Source of the DNA: a virus
Taxonomy: Duplodnaviria > Caudoviricetes
Strand: one strand, 5' to 3'
Virus record (IMG/VR): IMGVR_UViG_3300042870_001240
Length of the DNA: 64,000 nucleotides
Below the pieces are notes generated by a model. The model worked only from the letters and a program-made list of their open reading frames with translations. It searched no databases and was not told the origin of the DNA. Shown piece by piece: positions 9,455 to 18,133 of the stretch. The position numbers and the translations under genes were made by a program. Numbering within the stretch: the first letter of the stretch is position 1; each line of letters starts with the position of its first letter.

Positions 9455-9985
9455 TTATTTTTGACCAGAAGTGGTAAACCATCTATAAGATTCTAAATCT
9501 ATTTCGGAACCTAAAACTTTCTGAAGTTCGTCAACAAATTTTATCCTATCTTTTTCCTTCCAAGTATTTTTGTGGTCATATAACCCAAATCTAACAACAG
9601 GATTGTCCCCTTCCGCAGATATAACCACATTAACTTCAGGACGACTAGTTTGTTTAATCGCTCTTTGTATCTTGTGTTCAATTTGGTCTAAGTATTTGTA
9701 ATTTTTAAAATTGAAGGAAACTCTAAGATTAACATCGAAAAACTTTTTAATTTCCTCAGCAATATATTCTATCTTTTCGATTGGTCTATAATCATTAACC
9801 AATTCTTCTGTATATTTTTTATCAAACTTACCACTATTTTTATCCATCTTCTCACAATCAACCACCAACATTAAATAAAAATCATTATGACGTTGTTCAA
9901 TTTTAAACTCAAACATAGGATTACCCATTTGAGCATAACTTAATATCGCTTTTTCAGGAATTTTATTTGGTGTTATATCGGACAT
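9455..9985 (-). CDS. Hypothetical protein
   Basis: 176-aa ORF. Confidence 0.75.
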   Translation of the reverse strand: MSDITPNKIPEKAILSYAQMGNPMFEFKIEQRHNDFYLMLVVDCEKMDKNSGKFDKKYTEELVNDYRPIEKIEYIAEEIKKFFDVNLRVSFNFKNYKYLDQIEHKIQRAIKQTSRPEVNVVISAEGDNPVVRFGLYDHKNTWKEKDRIKFVDELQKVLGSEIDLESYRWFTTSGQK

Positions 9986-9987
9986 AA

Positions 9988-10938
9988 TTAATGTGGGTGT
10001 TGAAATACAAAGATAGTATTATCTTTTGACAAATAGTCTCTATTGTCAGAAATAATTTTTTCTATAATTCCTCTTTCTAAATCCTCAGAGAATGGACTAG
10101 GGTGAATATACCCATCAGGATTAACAACCATTTTATTGGTTCCCTCAACAGTTCCCGCTTTATTAATAGTAATTTCAAACTTTATCTTATCTCTAACTTT
10201 TTTAGCGTTTGTAATAGTATAGTCAACCTTCTTCTTATCATCTCCCCATCCTATAGTTAATAGTTTTTTAGTCCCTTTCAACACTTTAGTAAACTTATCA
10301 CTAAAGTTACTAACTCTATTAGTTTTAACATTAGATAAACTCTCACCATTCATGATGGATTTTATCTCATCAGGTGTTACAGAAATAACTTCATCTTTTA
10401 TATTACTATCATAAGAATTTCTTTTGGGGTTTGACCCTGATAAATGTTTTCCTGTTGATGATGAGTAACTATTACTTACTCGATACCATTGGTCTTCTAT
10501 AAATAAATAAATTGGATACCAATTATATGATGTAACAACATAATACCATTGGTTATTAGGGTTAACATCCCAATGTCCTTCTAAATTAGACCCTTTGAAT
10601 GGGATTCTACCTGTCGTGTAATTATATGCACTGTTGTTAGGTGTTCTTCTTTGTTTGAAATCTCTATAATGAACAAAGTTCTTACCATCTAATTTTTCGT
10701 AATCACCTTCTGGTCTGTAGTTGGCGGTATAAACCTCATAGTAGAATCTTGCGTCGTTAGGACTTCTACCAATCATTGGCATCATTACCTTAATTAATTC
10801 AAGTAATTTTGGTTGAGTTTTGACTTCATCCTTATGTTTGTTAAGGTATTTGAACAATCTAATTTCTTTCTCAGATAATGGTTTGTCGTCAGAACCTTCC
10901 AATTGTTCTCTTAATATTCTTTTAATTAAATTTTTCAT
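9988..10938 (-). CDS. Hypothetical protein
   Basis: Probable start MKNLIKRILREQL at 10938 after ATATTTATA. Confidence 0.75.
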   Translation of the reverse strand: MKNLIKRILREQLEGSDDKPLSEKEIRLFKYLNKHKDEVKTQPKLLELIKVMMPMIGRSPNDARFYYEVYTANYRPEGDYEKLDGKNFVHYRDFKQRRTPNNSAYNYTTGRIPFKGSNLEGHWDVNPNNQWYYVVTSYNWYPIYLFIEDQWYRVSNSYSSSTGKHLSGSNPKRNSYDSNIKDEVISVTPDEIKSIMNGESLSNVKTNRVSNFSDKFTKVLKGTKKLLTIGWGDDKKKVDYTITNAKKVRDKIKFEITINKAGTVEGTNKMVVNPDGYIHPSPFSEDLERGIIEKIISDNRDYLSKDNTIFVFQHPH

Positions 10939-11040
10939 GTTACATATAAATATACATGAAAAAGAAAGTTCATTCATAAACACAAAGATAATAAAAAACC
11001 CCCACTAAAAATAGTGAGGGTCTTGATTATTTTTTAATTT

Positions 11041-11481
11041 TTACTTTAAGAATCTTAATTTATATAAAGTCGAATTAAGTAACTTACAAACATTGTCGAT
11101 TTCATTTTGGATGTATGAATCTTTACAACAATCTCTTAAGTCTTCAACTTTACTGTATAAGTCTTTAAAATAGTTAACCGTTGTTGTGGTGTCTTTATAA
11201 TCCTCAATGTCATATTTTTTATACCCTTTAATAATACTATACTTACCTTGATAAGATTCAATTAAACCGTCAACAATATCTCCAATCTCGTCATAGTATC
11301 CACCCAATGCACTGTGTTCAGCGAATGATTTAGTTTGTAAATGTAAAGTATGTGCTTGAGTTCTTGAATGAAACAATAACGACACCATCTCAATAAAATC
11401 TTTAGTGTTTGTTTTTTGTTCGATTAGTAAACCTCGTTTGGTCACTTCTTCAAATAGTCTATCTTTAAAATCTTGGTTCAT
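11041..11481 (-). CDS. DUF5856-like ferritin-like protein
   Basis: HSRTQAHTLHLQTKSFAEHSALGGYYD...DGLIESYQG; probable start at 11481. Confidence 0.7.
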   Translation of the reverse strand: MNQDFKDRLFEEVTKRGLLIEQKTNTKDFIEMVSLLFHSRTQAHTLHLQTKSFAEHSALGGYYDEIGDIVDGLIESYQGKYSIIKGYKKYDIEDYKDTTTTVNYFKDLYSKVEDLRDCCKDSYIQNEIDNVCKLLNSTLYKLRFLK

Positions 11482-11510
11482 AATAATGTTTAACAATAAA
11501 TACCTAACAA

Positions 11511-11771
11511 TTAAGAAAAATTAATCATAAAATCATCATATATCGAAAACAATTTCATAATGTTTTTTATTTCTTTATTAATGTAATGTCGGATAATTTT
11601 TTCAGTAAACATTTTATACTCCTCAGGATTAGTTAAAGACAAAGTAATCTCTTTAATATCCCCATTAAAATTACCAACTTCAATTATATTAAACGACAAT
11701 TTTATCCCACCCTCAGATGGAATATTAAAGTAAATTGGTTTACCCCTATAGTATTTAGTGAACTGCTCCAT
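11511..11771 (-). CDS. Hypothetical protein
   Basis: 86-aa ORF. Confidence 0.6.
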   Translation of the reverse strand: MEQFTKYYRGKPIYFNIPSEGGIKLSFNIIEVGNFNGDIKEITLSLTNPEEYKMFTEKIIRHYINKEIKNIMKLFSIYDDFMINFS

Positions 11772-11775
11772 ATAA

Positions 11776-11805
11776 AAATCCCCACCTTATTTAGGATGGG
11801 GATTT
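11776..11805 (-). terminator. Intrinsic terminator
   Basis: AAATCCCCA...TGGGGATTT hairpin after the 11814 gene. Confidence 0.65.
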
Positions 11806-11813
11806 AGTTAATT

Positions 11814-13250
11814 TTATTTTGTTAATATGAATAACGAATTTTGTTTAACCACTCTTCCCAATAAATCAAAATATTTTGTAGTTCCATTATCTAACGAAAG
11901 ATGGTCAATCGATATAATATCCGAATAATCAAAATTATTATTAAAATCGATTTGTTTTAATCTATAATATATGTTAGTTATATTAGGGTATTCATATTTA
12001 TCATAAAATACATAGGTGTTTTGGAAAGAACTTGTTCCATGTCCTAAGACATATCCTACTACACCCCATTCCTCTCCATTTAATGAACGTTGTATTTCAA
12101 ATTTCCAATTATCCACTTCGGTCGCAGTTACCCATTTTAAATGATTGATATTATCTATTGACACACCATTAAAATACAACCACTTCACAGGTAATGTGTT
12201 TGGTAATACGTTTAATCTAGCAGATGTAGATGTTATTGGACTACAAGGTGAGTTTGATGCTTGGATTCTATATCTAAATCCATTCATACTATAGGAGATA
12301 GGACTAATAGTTAAAGTATCTCGTGAAATAGTATCTACGTTACTCCAACTAATTCCTGAATCGGATGAATATTGCCATATATGGTTATTTGGAGATGAAG
12401 ATATAAATCTTACAGTTGACCCATCAATTGCGGTTGTATCTATTGGATTAGTAGTAATGGTTGGGTTTGAGCGAATAGTGACGTTAAATGTAGTTGGAGT
12501 TGACCAAACACCAGTACAACCAACAACCGTTGATACCGTTCTTAAGTATTGAGTATCTGTTGTTGATATGGTTTGGGGTGATGGTAAAGAAGTACTTACC
12601 CCAACCGCTGACGATTGTAAATACGAATTGGCCGGAAAAGTGGCTACTGTAGATAAACAAGTAGGTGAAGTGTAAGTTGGAGTAGGAGAACTTGGGATTA
12701 AACACCCTGTTAATTTAATATCATCAATTCTAAACTGCAAACCAACTGTATTTGTGTTCATTCTAAACCTAATTCTTAAGTTAGCAGTTGCAGGAATAGT
12801 TCCTGTTGGTGTTATGCGAGACCATGTATTGGCGGTTCCCGCCCCTGTTGATAATGTAAATGATAGTGTGTCGTATGTTACACCATCAGTACTAACTTCT
12901 ATTTTTAAGTTAGAACCATTAGATGCCGTTGTCGTCTTTAAAATACCTAAACTCAACGATAGTGAAGTGTAGTTGGTAGTGTTAATTGTTCCAAATGTTA
13001 CGTTTGTGCCTACAGTATTTGTTATAAATGTATTTCCTTGCCCACTAGCTCCAACATACACAGATGATGGTAAAGTAGTTCTAACGTCTGCAGTTCCAGT
13101 GTAGGATAACACCCCATAATTTTGCCATCCAGTGAAGGATGAGACTGATGTTGTTGACGATGGATTACCACAGTTTTCTGTGAATATTGTTGATTGACCC
13201 ATTGATAGAAATGGGATGGTCATTAGGACCAGAATTTTAAATAACTTCAT
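11814..13250 (-). CDS. Secreted T9SS-substrate-like protein (lectin/Ig-like domains)
   Basis: Signal peptide; LPVKWLYFNG...WVTATEVDNWKFEIQRS...IYYRLKQIDF module; short YFDLLGR tail. Confidence 0.7.
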   Translation of the reverse strand: MKLFKILVLMTIPFLSMGQSTIFTENCGNPSSTTSVSSFTGWQNYGVLSYTGTADVRTTLPSSVYVGASGQGNTFITNTVGTNVTFGTINTTNYTSLSLSLGILKTTTASNGSNLKIEVSTDGVTYDTLSFTLSTGAGTANTWSRITPTGTIPATANLRIRFRMNTNTVGLQFRIDDIKLTGCLIPSSPTPTYTSPTCLSTVATFPANSYLQSSAVGVSTSLPSPQTISTTDTQYLRTVSTVVGCTGVWSTPTTFNVTIRSNPTITTNPIDTTAIDGSTVRFISSSPNNHIWQYSSDSGISWSNVDTISRDTLTISPISYSMNGFRYRIQASNSPCSPITSTSARLNVLPNTLPVKWLYFNGVSIDNINHLKWVTATEVDNWKFEIQRSLNGEEWGVVGYVLGHGTSSFQNTYVFYDKYEYPNITNIYYRLKQIDFNNNFDYSDIISIDHLSLDNGTTKYFDLLGRVVKQNSLFILTK

Positions 13251-13309
13251 TGTTTTTGTTTTAATTTTATTTTAATGTATCGAATTATTTAACCATAAAT
13301 ATTAATAGA

Positions 13310-13606
13310 TTATTTTAACGATAAAATAAACGCTAATTTGTATCCAACAAATGCTCCCAATGCGGCTGCCGCTGGAAATATCATGTATTTTCCTACTCGG
13401 GTTTCATACTTGTCTCGGTTAATAACTATACTCACAAACATATAGTATATTAGAAAATTAATCAACACTGCAATATCATATTTCATAATTATAAACACGG
13501 TAATTGTATTAGCAATAAATCCATACATGAAATTAACTGCTGACTCCTTTACCAACTCACCAACACTAGTACGAGCATCTAAAAATCTAAATTTCTTGTT
13601 TAACAT
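13310..13606 (-). CDS. Small membrane protein
   Basis: About three hydrophobic segments. Confidence 0.65.
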   Translation of the reverse strand: MLNKKFRFLDARTSVGELVKESAVNFMYGFIANTITVFIIMKYDIAVLINFLIYYMFVSIVINRDKYETRVGKYMIFPAAAALGAFVGYKLAFILSLK

Positions 13607-13860
13607 TATATTCCGTATTTTGCTGGTTCATCCTCAATATAGAACTTAGAACCTAAATTGACCCCTACTATCTTAGTATTTAGGTATTGTTTTTTAATTT
13701 CATCCTGAATATCGTTGAATGATTGTGAGTCTTTCTCGTAGTAGTCTGTGAACATAACATATAACCCTTTATCAGTATCAAGGATATTGAACTCATGACC
13801 ATCATATACTCCAGGAGTTACTATAAGAAAGTAATTTGGTTTGTCTTCGATTTTTAACAT
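13606..13860 (-). CDS. Hypothetical protein
   Basis: 84-aa ORF. Confidence 0.6.
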   Translation of the reverse strand: MLKIEDKPNYFLIVTPGVYDGHEFNILDTDKGLYVMFTDYYEKDSQSFNDIQDEIKKQYLNTKIVGVNLGSKFYIEDEPAKYGI

Positions 13861-13883
13861 ATTATTTATTTTTATTTATTTGT

Positions 13884-13955
13884 AGTCAGGACAGGATTCG
13901 AACCTATACAATAGAGCAATCGCTCAAAGCGTTTAACCAATTTCGCCACCTGACT
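13884..13955 (-). tRNA. tRNA-like element 1 (non-canonical anticodon arm)
   Basis: AGTCAGG/CCTGACT acceptor, GCG/CGC D-arm, ATAGG-TTCGAAT-CCTGT T-arm; anticodon loop 4-6 nt; no encoded CCA. Confidence 0.6.
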
Positions 13956-14032
13956 ATTTACTTGTCTTTCCAAACTGTCAACTAAATTTCTAGGTAGTGG
14001 CACCTTTACACGGCCATTAGTTCTACTTGTGA

Positions 14033-14138
14033 TGGTAGTCAGGACAGGAATCGAACCTGTAACTTCTTTGTCATACAGAGTGCCATTAGCTGTTATCTCA
14101 ACCTTGATGGTGATACGTTACCACTACGCCACCTGACT
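14033..14138 (-). tRNA. tRNA-like element 2 (expanded, ACCA end)
   Basis: Same acceptor stem, GCGT-AGTGGTA-ACGT D-arm, ACAGG-TTCGATT-CCTGT T-arm; irregular anticodon arm plus ~35-nt extra region. Confidence 0.6.
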
Positions 14139-14167
14139 ATATTTTCCTTCTGTGTTTTATCTTATAA

Positions 14168-14199
14168 CAAATATACGAACTTTATTTCGTATTTCCAAA
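14168..14199 (-). promoter_or_regulatory. Bacteroidota-type promoter for tRNA-like elements 2 and 1
   Basis: TTTG-N20-TATATTTG. Confidence 0.7.
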
Positions 14200-14203
14200 T
14201 TCT

Positions 14204-14476
14204 TTACACTTCTGAGTGATGAATATTGTGATTAATTTCTATCCAACATTTAGCCCATATTAGATTTAGTCCTAACATGAAAGAGGGATATAGACTATAT
14301 TTTAGATTTCCACTACCTATACGAAGACACATATCTTTTCTAAAGAATATGCCAAGTTTCTTAACCTTATACTCATGAACTGTAGTGTATAAGTCTCCCG
14401 GTGAGTCCCATTTGTGACGAAATACCCCTTTCACAGTTATACCGCCTAACTTGAATTTCACTATTTTTCCTGCCAT
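14204..14476 (-). CDS. Hypothetical protein
   Basis: 90-aa ORF. Confidence 0.6.
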   Translation of the reverse strand: MAGKIVKFKLGGITVKGVFRHKWDSPGDLYTTVHEYKVKKLGIFFRKDMCLRIGSGNLKYSLYPSFMLGLNLIWAKCWIEINHNIHHSEV

Positions 14477-14482
14477 GTTATT

Positions 14483-14716
14483 CTATTTAAAGTATTCATC
14501 ATAAATATCATCTGTGCTAACATTACCCCACTTTTTACCATACTTTACAAAACTAATTCCTTCCCTATGAAATTCCTCTAAAAGTTCTTTCTCCACGGAA
14601 AGCAATTGCTCAAGCTTCTCGTTGATTTCTTGAATATTCTTATCAGTTAATGTTTTTGCAGCGTTTGATTCAGTTGCGAACCAATCTCTAAATGTGGTTA
14701 TTGGTGTTTTTTTCAT
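14483..14716 (-). CDS. Hypothetical protein
   Basis: 77-aa ORF. Confidence 0.6.
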   Translation of the reverse strand: MKKTPITTFRDWFATESNAAKTLTDKNIQEINEKLEQLLSVEKELLEEFHREGISFVKYGKKWGNVSTDDIYDEYFK

Positions 14717-14751
14717 GATATATTTTTCATTTATACTTTTATTTTTTTAGT

Positions 14752-14879
14752 AGTCAGGACAGGACTTGAACCTGTGATAGTATCCATCAGCACATTGATA
14801 AAGCAGATACTCCGTTGTACTTCTGTCAGAAAGTTTTTACGTCAATGTTTCGGTGCGTGTTCCAACTCGCCACCTGACT
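14752..14879 (-). tRNA. tRNA-like element 3 (128 nt, large internal insert)
   Basis: Same acceptor stem and D/T arms; ~75 nt between D- and T-arms; TATCTTTG -7 box immediately upstream (14886-14893). Confidence 0.55.
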
Positions 14880-14963
14880 ATAATACAAAGATAATAAAAA
14901 AATTGGGGAATAAAAATAATTCTCCATTTTTTTATTTTTAATCCAAACTTTAAAACATAAAAA

Positions 14964-14985
14964 ACCCCTCTTTGTTGGAGGGGTC
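14964..14985 (-). terminator. Intrinsic terminator
   Basis: ACCCCTC...GAGGGGT with A-run. Confidence 0.6.
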
Positions 14986-15007
14986 TTAATAAGATATTTT
15001 TAATAAA

Positions 15008-15325
15008 TTACTTACCAATAATTAAATCATCAAAGTTTAATTTTCCCATACCATCATTAGATTCTTTACTGGTAAACTCATCATACATAAATGATTGAAC
15101 CACAGATGTAATACTTTGTTCCGCTTGGGCTATCTTAGTTTCCTGCCAGTCTTCAAGTTGTTCTCCGTCTTCCATTTCTTCCCACATCTTATAAGCTAAT
15201 GTCGCAATGGTGAACAACTGTTGCTTTGACATGTAAGACCCCTCTTCTTGATTTTCAGTCAAGGAATTTTTAACTCGGTTAGTTAATTTTTCCAATTGTT
15301 TTTCCGATATAATAATATTTTTCAT
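15008..15325 (-). CDS. Hypothetical phage protein (ISEKQL N-terminus)
   Basis: 105-aa ORF; ATATTTATA upstream. Confidence 0.75.
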   Translation of the reverse strand: MKNIIISEKQLEKLTNRVKNSLTENQEEGSYMSKQQLFTIATLAYKMWEEMEDGEQLEDWQETKIAQAEQSITSVVQSFMYDEFTSKESNDGMGKLNFDDLIIGK

Positions 15326-15448
15326 GTTAGTCTTTATCTATAAATATACAACAGTAACATAAAAAAGGAGACGATTTCTCATCTCCTTAATTTGGGGCCG
15401 ATAATTCAGCGAATCCACCACCTTATTTTTCTAAACAAGGAAACAAAA

Positions 15449-15682
15449 CTATTCAGAAATAAGACTTGCATTATCATTTGTAATGACGCTATCAACATTT
15501 GATTGGTTTTCAACAATATGTTCGGTTTGAGTTGGTTTTGATAAATAATCATAACCCTCTTTCAACTTAATCACCGTAAAGGCAAACATAAGAATAAGTC
15601 CTATGAAAATCAACTTAACAACTTGTTTCCAAGTTTTAAATAAGATGTATAAAATTACCGCTAAAAATATAAGAAATCCCAT
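15449..15682 (-). CDS. Small membrane protein
   Basis: Two hydrophobic segments. Confidence 0.6.
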   Translation of the reverse strand: MGFLIFLAVILYILFKTWKQVVKLIFIGLILMFAFTVIKLKEGYDYLSKPTQTEHIVENQSNVDSVITNDNASLISE

Positions 15683-15694
15683 AATTGTTTATTT

Positions 15695-15970
15695 TTATTT
15701 TGTTACTAATGCTTCTACTTTACTTTTCATGTGGTCAGCCAAACCATAACTGTCTACCGATGTTAATACGATTGAATCAACCAAGTGTTTGAATGGTATG
15801 TGTACTAAGAAGTCCACCCCATTGAAGAATGTTAAGTCGTTCTTCAGTTCCAAACATCCGTGGATTATTTTAAGGAACAATTTGAACTGTGTTCCATCCA
15901 CGAATGTTTCGTCAACCAATTTACCGAATTTCTCGTTCTCAATTCTGATGTTGTATGTTGAAGTTGTCAT
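15695..15970 (-). CDS. Hypothetical protein
   Basis: 91-aa ORF; TAAATTTG upstream. Confidence 0.7.
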   Translation of the reverse strand: MTTSTYNIRIENEKFGKLVDETFVDGTQFKLFLKIIHGCLELKNDLTFFNGVDFLVHIPFKHLVDSIVLTSVDSYGLADHMKSKVEALVTK

Positions 15971-16003
15971 ATCTATTTGATTTATTCTACAAATTTACAA
16001 AAA

Positions 16004-16774
16004 CTATTTCATATTTCCTAATGCCTCGATAACAGAATCAGCACTATTTCCTCCCATAGATACTTGAGAGATAGTGAACACGATTTTACCATCAACCTCT
16101 GCGTAGTTAAGGATAACCGCACTTCCGTTAGGATTTTTTACCACGATTTGGTTTCTTGTAGTGTTAATATTATTAACTTTGTTACCACCAAAATCAATGT
16201 CAGAATTTCTGTAACGTTTGAACGCTTCACCGAAGGCGCTCATACGAACTTCGTTATCTTTAATTCTTCGGTTATGAACATCCCACATTCCTTTAACGTA
16301 GTCCTCAACAATTGTTACAACAGGTTTACCTGTTTTGTAATAGGTCTTAGTATCATCACTACCAACTTTAACTCTTAACTTATAACCATGACTCTTACTT
16401 CTCCAACCACCCCTTGGAGTTGTTGTGTGCTCTTCAACATAAACAGTAATACGATTGTTAGACTCACCTTCAGGTAGTTCACCCTTGTAAACAATTTTAG
16501 AACTGTTATAGTTCTCGGAAATTTCCCCAATTTTAACTTGGTTATAACCAATACGGTTACCTTGAGAGTCTAATTTATAAACATTTACAGGCCAAGTTTG
16601 AATATTCTGAGTTTTAACCAACTCAAATTTATCGGAATGTTTTTGAATTTCTTTGAAGTACCTATCCCACTCAGACTCAATTTTTGTCTGTTCAGATTTG
16701 AAATTATCCGCAGTTTTTTGAGCTGAGGCGATATTGTCTTTGATGTGTTTTTGTTGGTGTTCTTTTAGGGTCAT
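16004..16774 (-). CDS. Hypothetical protein
   Basis: 256-aa ORF with host-type promoter. Confidence 0.75.
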   Translation of the reverse strand: MTLKEHQQKHIKDNIASAQKTADNFKSEQTKIESEWDRYFKEIQKHSDKFELVKTQNIQTWPVNVYKLDSQGNRIGYNQVKIGEISENYNSSKIVYKGELPEGESNNRITVYVEEHTTTPRGGWRSKSHGYKLRVKVGSDDTKTYYKTGKPVVTIVEDYVKGMWDVHNRRIKDNEVRMSAFGEAFKRYRNSDIDFGGNKVNNINTTRNQIVVKNPNGSAVILNYAEVDGKIVFTISQVSMGGNSADSVIEALGNMK

Positions 16775-16799
16775 GGTAGAAGTTTTTGTGTTTGTTTTA

Positions 16800-16831
16800 C
16801 AAATATAAGCACATTATTTTAATTGGCCAAA
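16800..16831 (-). promoter_or_regulatory. Bacteroidota-type promoter at the distal end of array B
   Basis: TTTG-N20-TATATTTG. Confidence 0.7.
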
Positions 16832-16853
16832 TTTATTTAAAGACTAAATATCC

Positions 16854-16955
16854 GGTGTTAGACCCTTCAAATTATAGGTCTCTTCCAACTATAAAGAACG
16901 CAGGTTATTATTTGAAAAAGGTGTTAGACCCTTTAAATTATAGGTCTCTTCCAAC
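16854..16955 (-). CRISPR. CRISPR-like mini-array B: two 36-nt repeats, one 30-nt spacer
   Basis: GTTGGAAGAGACCTATAATTT(A/G)AAGGGTCTAACACC at 16920-16955 and 16854-16889; spacer 16890-16919. Confidence 0.75.
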
Positions 16956-17197
16956 CAGTATGTTATAATACCCTTCATTTGTTCATATTCCAACCCAAAA
17001 AAGGATTTTAAAAACGACCAAATTTCATTGTAATTTATATAAACATACCCATTTTTTTTATCCTGATAATAATAAAATAATGGTAATCTATCTTCATTAA
17101 CATAAATTGTTCTATCACCCTTAACTATTGGTTTTAAATTACCAAATTTATCGTTAAGCCATGTTATCACGACCTTATCTAATTTATTTTTAATCAT
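16889..17197 (-). CDS. Array-linked small protein, paralog B (102 aa)
   Basis: QDKK...IWSF...FFG..Y...YWLEETYNLKGLTP shared with A and C. Confidence 0.85.
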   Translation of the reverse strand: MIKNKLDKVVITWLNDKFGNLKPIVKGDRTIYVNEDRLPLFYYYQDKKNGYVYINYNEIWSFLKSFFGLEYEQMKGIITYWLEETYNLKGLTPFSNNNLRSL

Positions 17198-17215
17198 TTT
17201 ATCTTTAATTCTTTA

Positions 17216-17641
17216 TTATATAGATTGTTTGGATTCCCTATCTAAATCTCGTAATTTAATAGAATTTCTTTTATCCCATAGTTTTTTACCTTTAGCCAAC
17301 ACAATATCAACCTTCAATAATCCCCTGTCATTCTCATATAATACATGAGGAATGATTGTATATCCCTTAACCAACTCTGATTCAAGTTTTCTTAATTGTT
17401 TTTTCTTCAATAACAATTTTTTATCGGTAGCAATATTATCATTCCCAATTCCTTGGATAAGAACCCCTTTCATATATAACTCCCCATTATTAAAATAACA
17501 GAACGAGTCAGTCATAGAGACTTTCCCTTCTCGGATTCTCTTAACCTCAACACCAGTCAATTTAATACCCGCCAAGAATGTTTCCTCAATAAAATACTCA
17601 AACTTAACTTTTTTATTCTCAATACGAACTTTTATCTTCAT
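17216..17641 (-). CDS. smpB: SsrA-binding protein SmpB
   Basis: FEYFIEETFLAGIKLTGVEVK...KKLLL...AKGKKLWDKR; probable start at 17641. Confidence 0.9.
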   Translation of the reverse strand: MKIKVRIENKKVKFEYFIEETFLAGIKLTGVEVKRIREGKVSMTDSFCYFNNGELYMKGVLIQGIGNDNIATDKKLLLKKKQLRKLESELVKGYTIIPHVLYENDRGLLKVDIVLAKGKKLWDKRNSIKLRDLDRESKQSI

Positions 17642-17791
17642 AAACACAAAGATAAATATAAAAAACAAAAAACCCTAACAAATTTTTACATTCACCAGGG
17701 TTTAATATTAACCAACTAAGAAAGGGGTCGTTGGGACTATTTAGGTTATAAATATAACAAATTTTTTAAAAAGAAAAAGATATTTATAAAT

Positions 17792-18133
17792 ATGATATTA
17801 AAAATCAACGATAACAAATTTAAAGTGATGGTAATGATGACTCAAAAAGATACTCAAAAGGGTATGATGGGTCGTGACTTTGATTCTAACTTTAATGGTA
17901 TGTTATTTCTAATGGACAAAGGTCCTCACGGTTTTTGGATGAAGGATTGTATTATCCCATTGGATATTATTTTTATTGACGGTAATACAATAACTAAAAT
18001 ACACCATAGTTGTCCTCCATGTAAATCGGAAGACTGTCCTAGTTATGTCGGAACAGGAGATACTATTTTAGAACTTAGAGGCGGTACTTGCGGGGAATTA
18101 AGTATTAAAGAGGGGGATAAGATTCTATACTAA
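17792..18133 (+). CDS. DUF192 family protein
   Basis: GMMGR...GMLF...FWMKDCIIPLDIIFID...ILELRGG. Confidence 0.85.
   Translation: MILKINDNKFKVMVMMTQKDTQKGMMGRDFDSNFNGMLFLMDKGPHGFWMKDCIIPLDIIFIDGNTITKIHHSCPPCKSEDCPSYVGTGDTILELRGGTCGELSIKEGDKILY

Noticed and set aside
14033-14138. Opal-suppressor/Sec tRNA (UCA in loop CATCAAG)
   Set aside because: Needs a bulged stem and A33; too irregular to call.
16786-16968. 60-aa plus-strand ORF with a repeated VLDPxNYRSLPT
   Set aside because: Antisense read-through of array B's 66-nt periodicity; no independent support.
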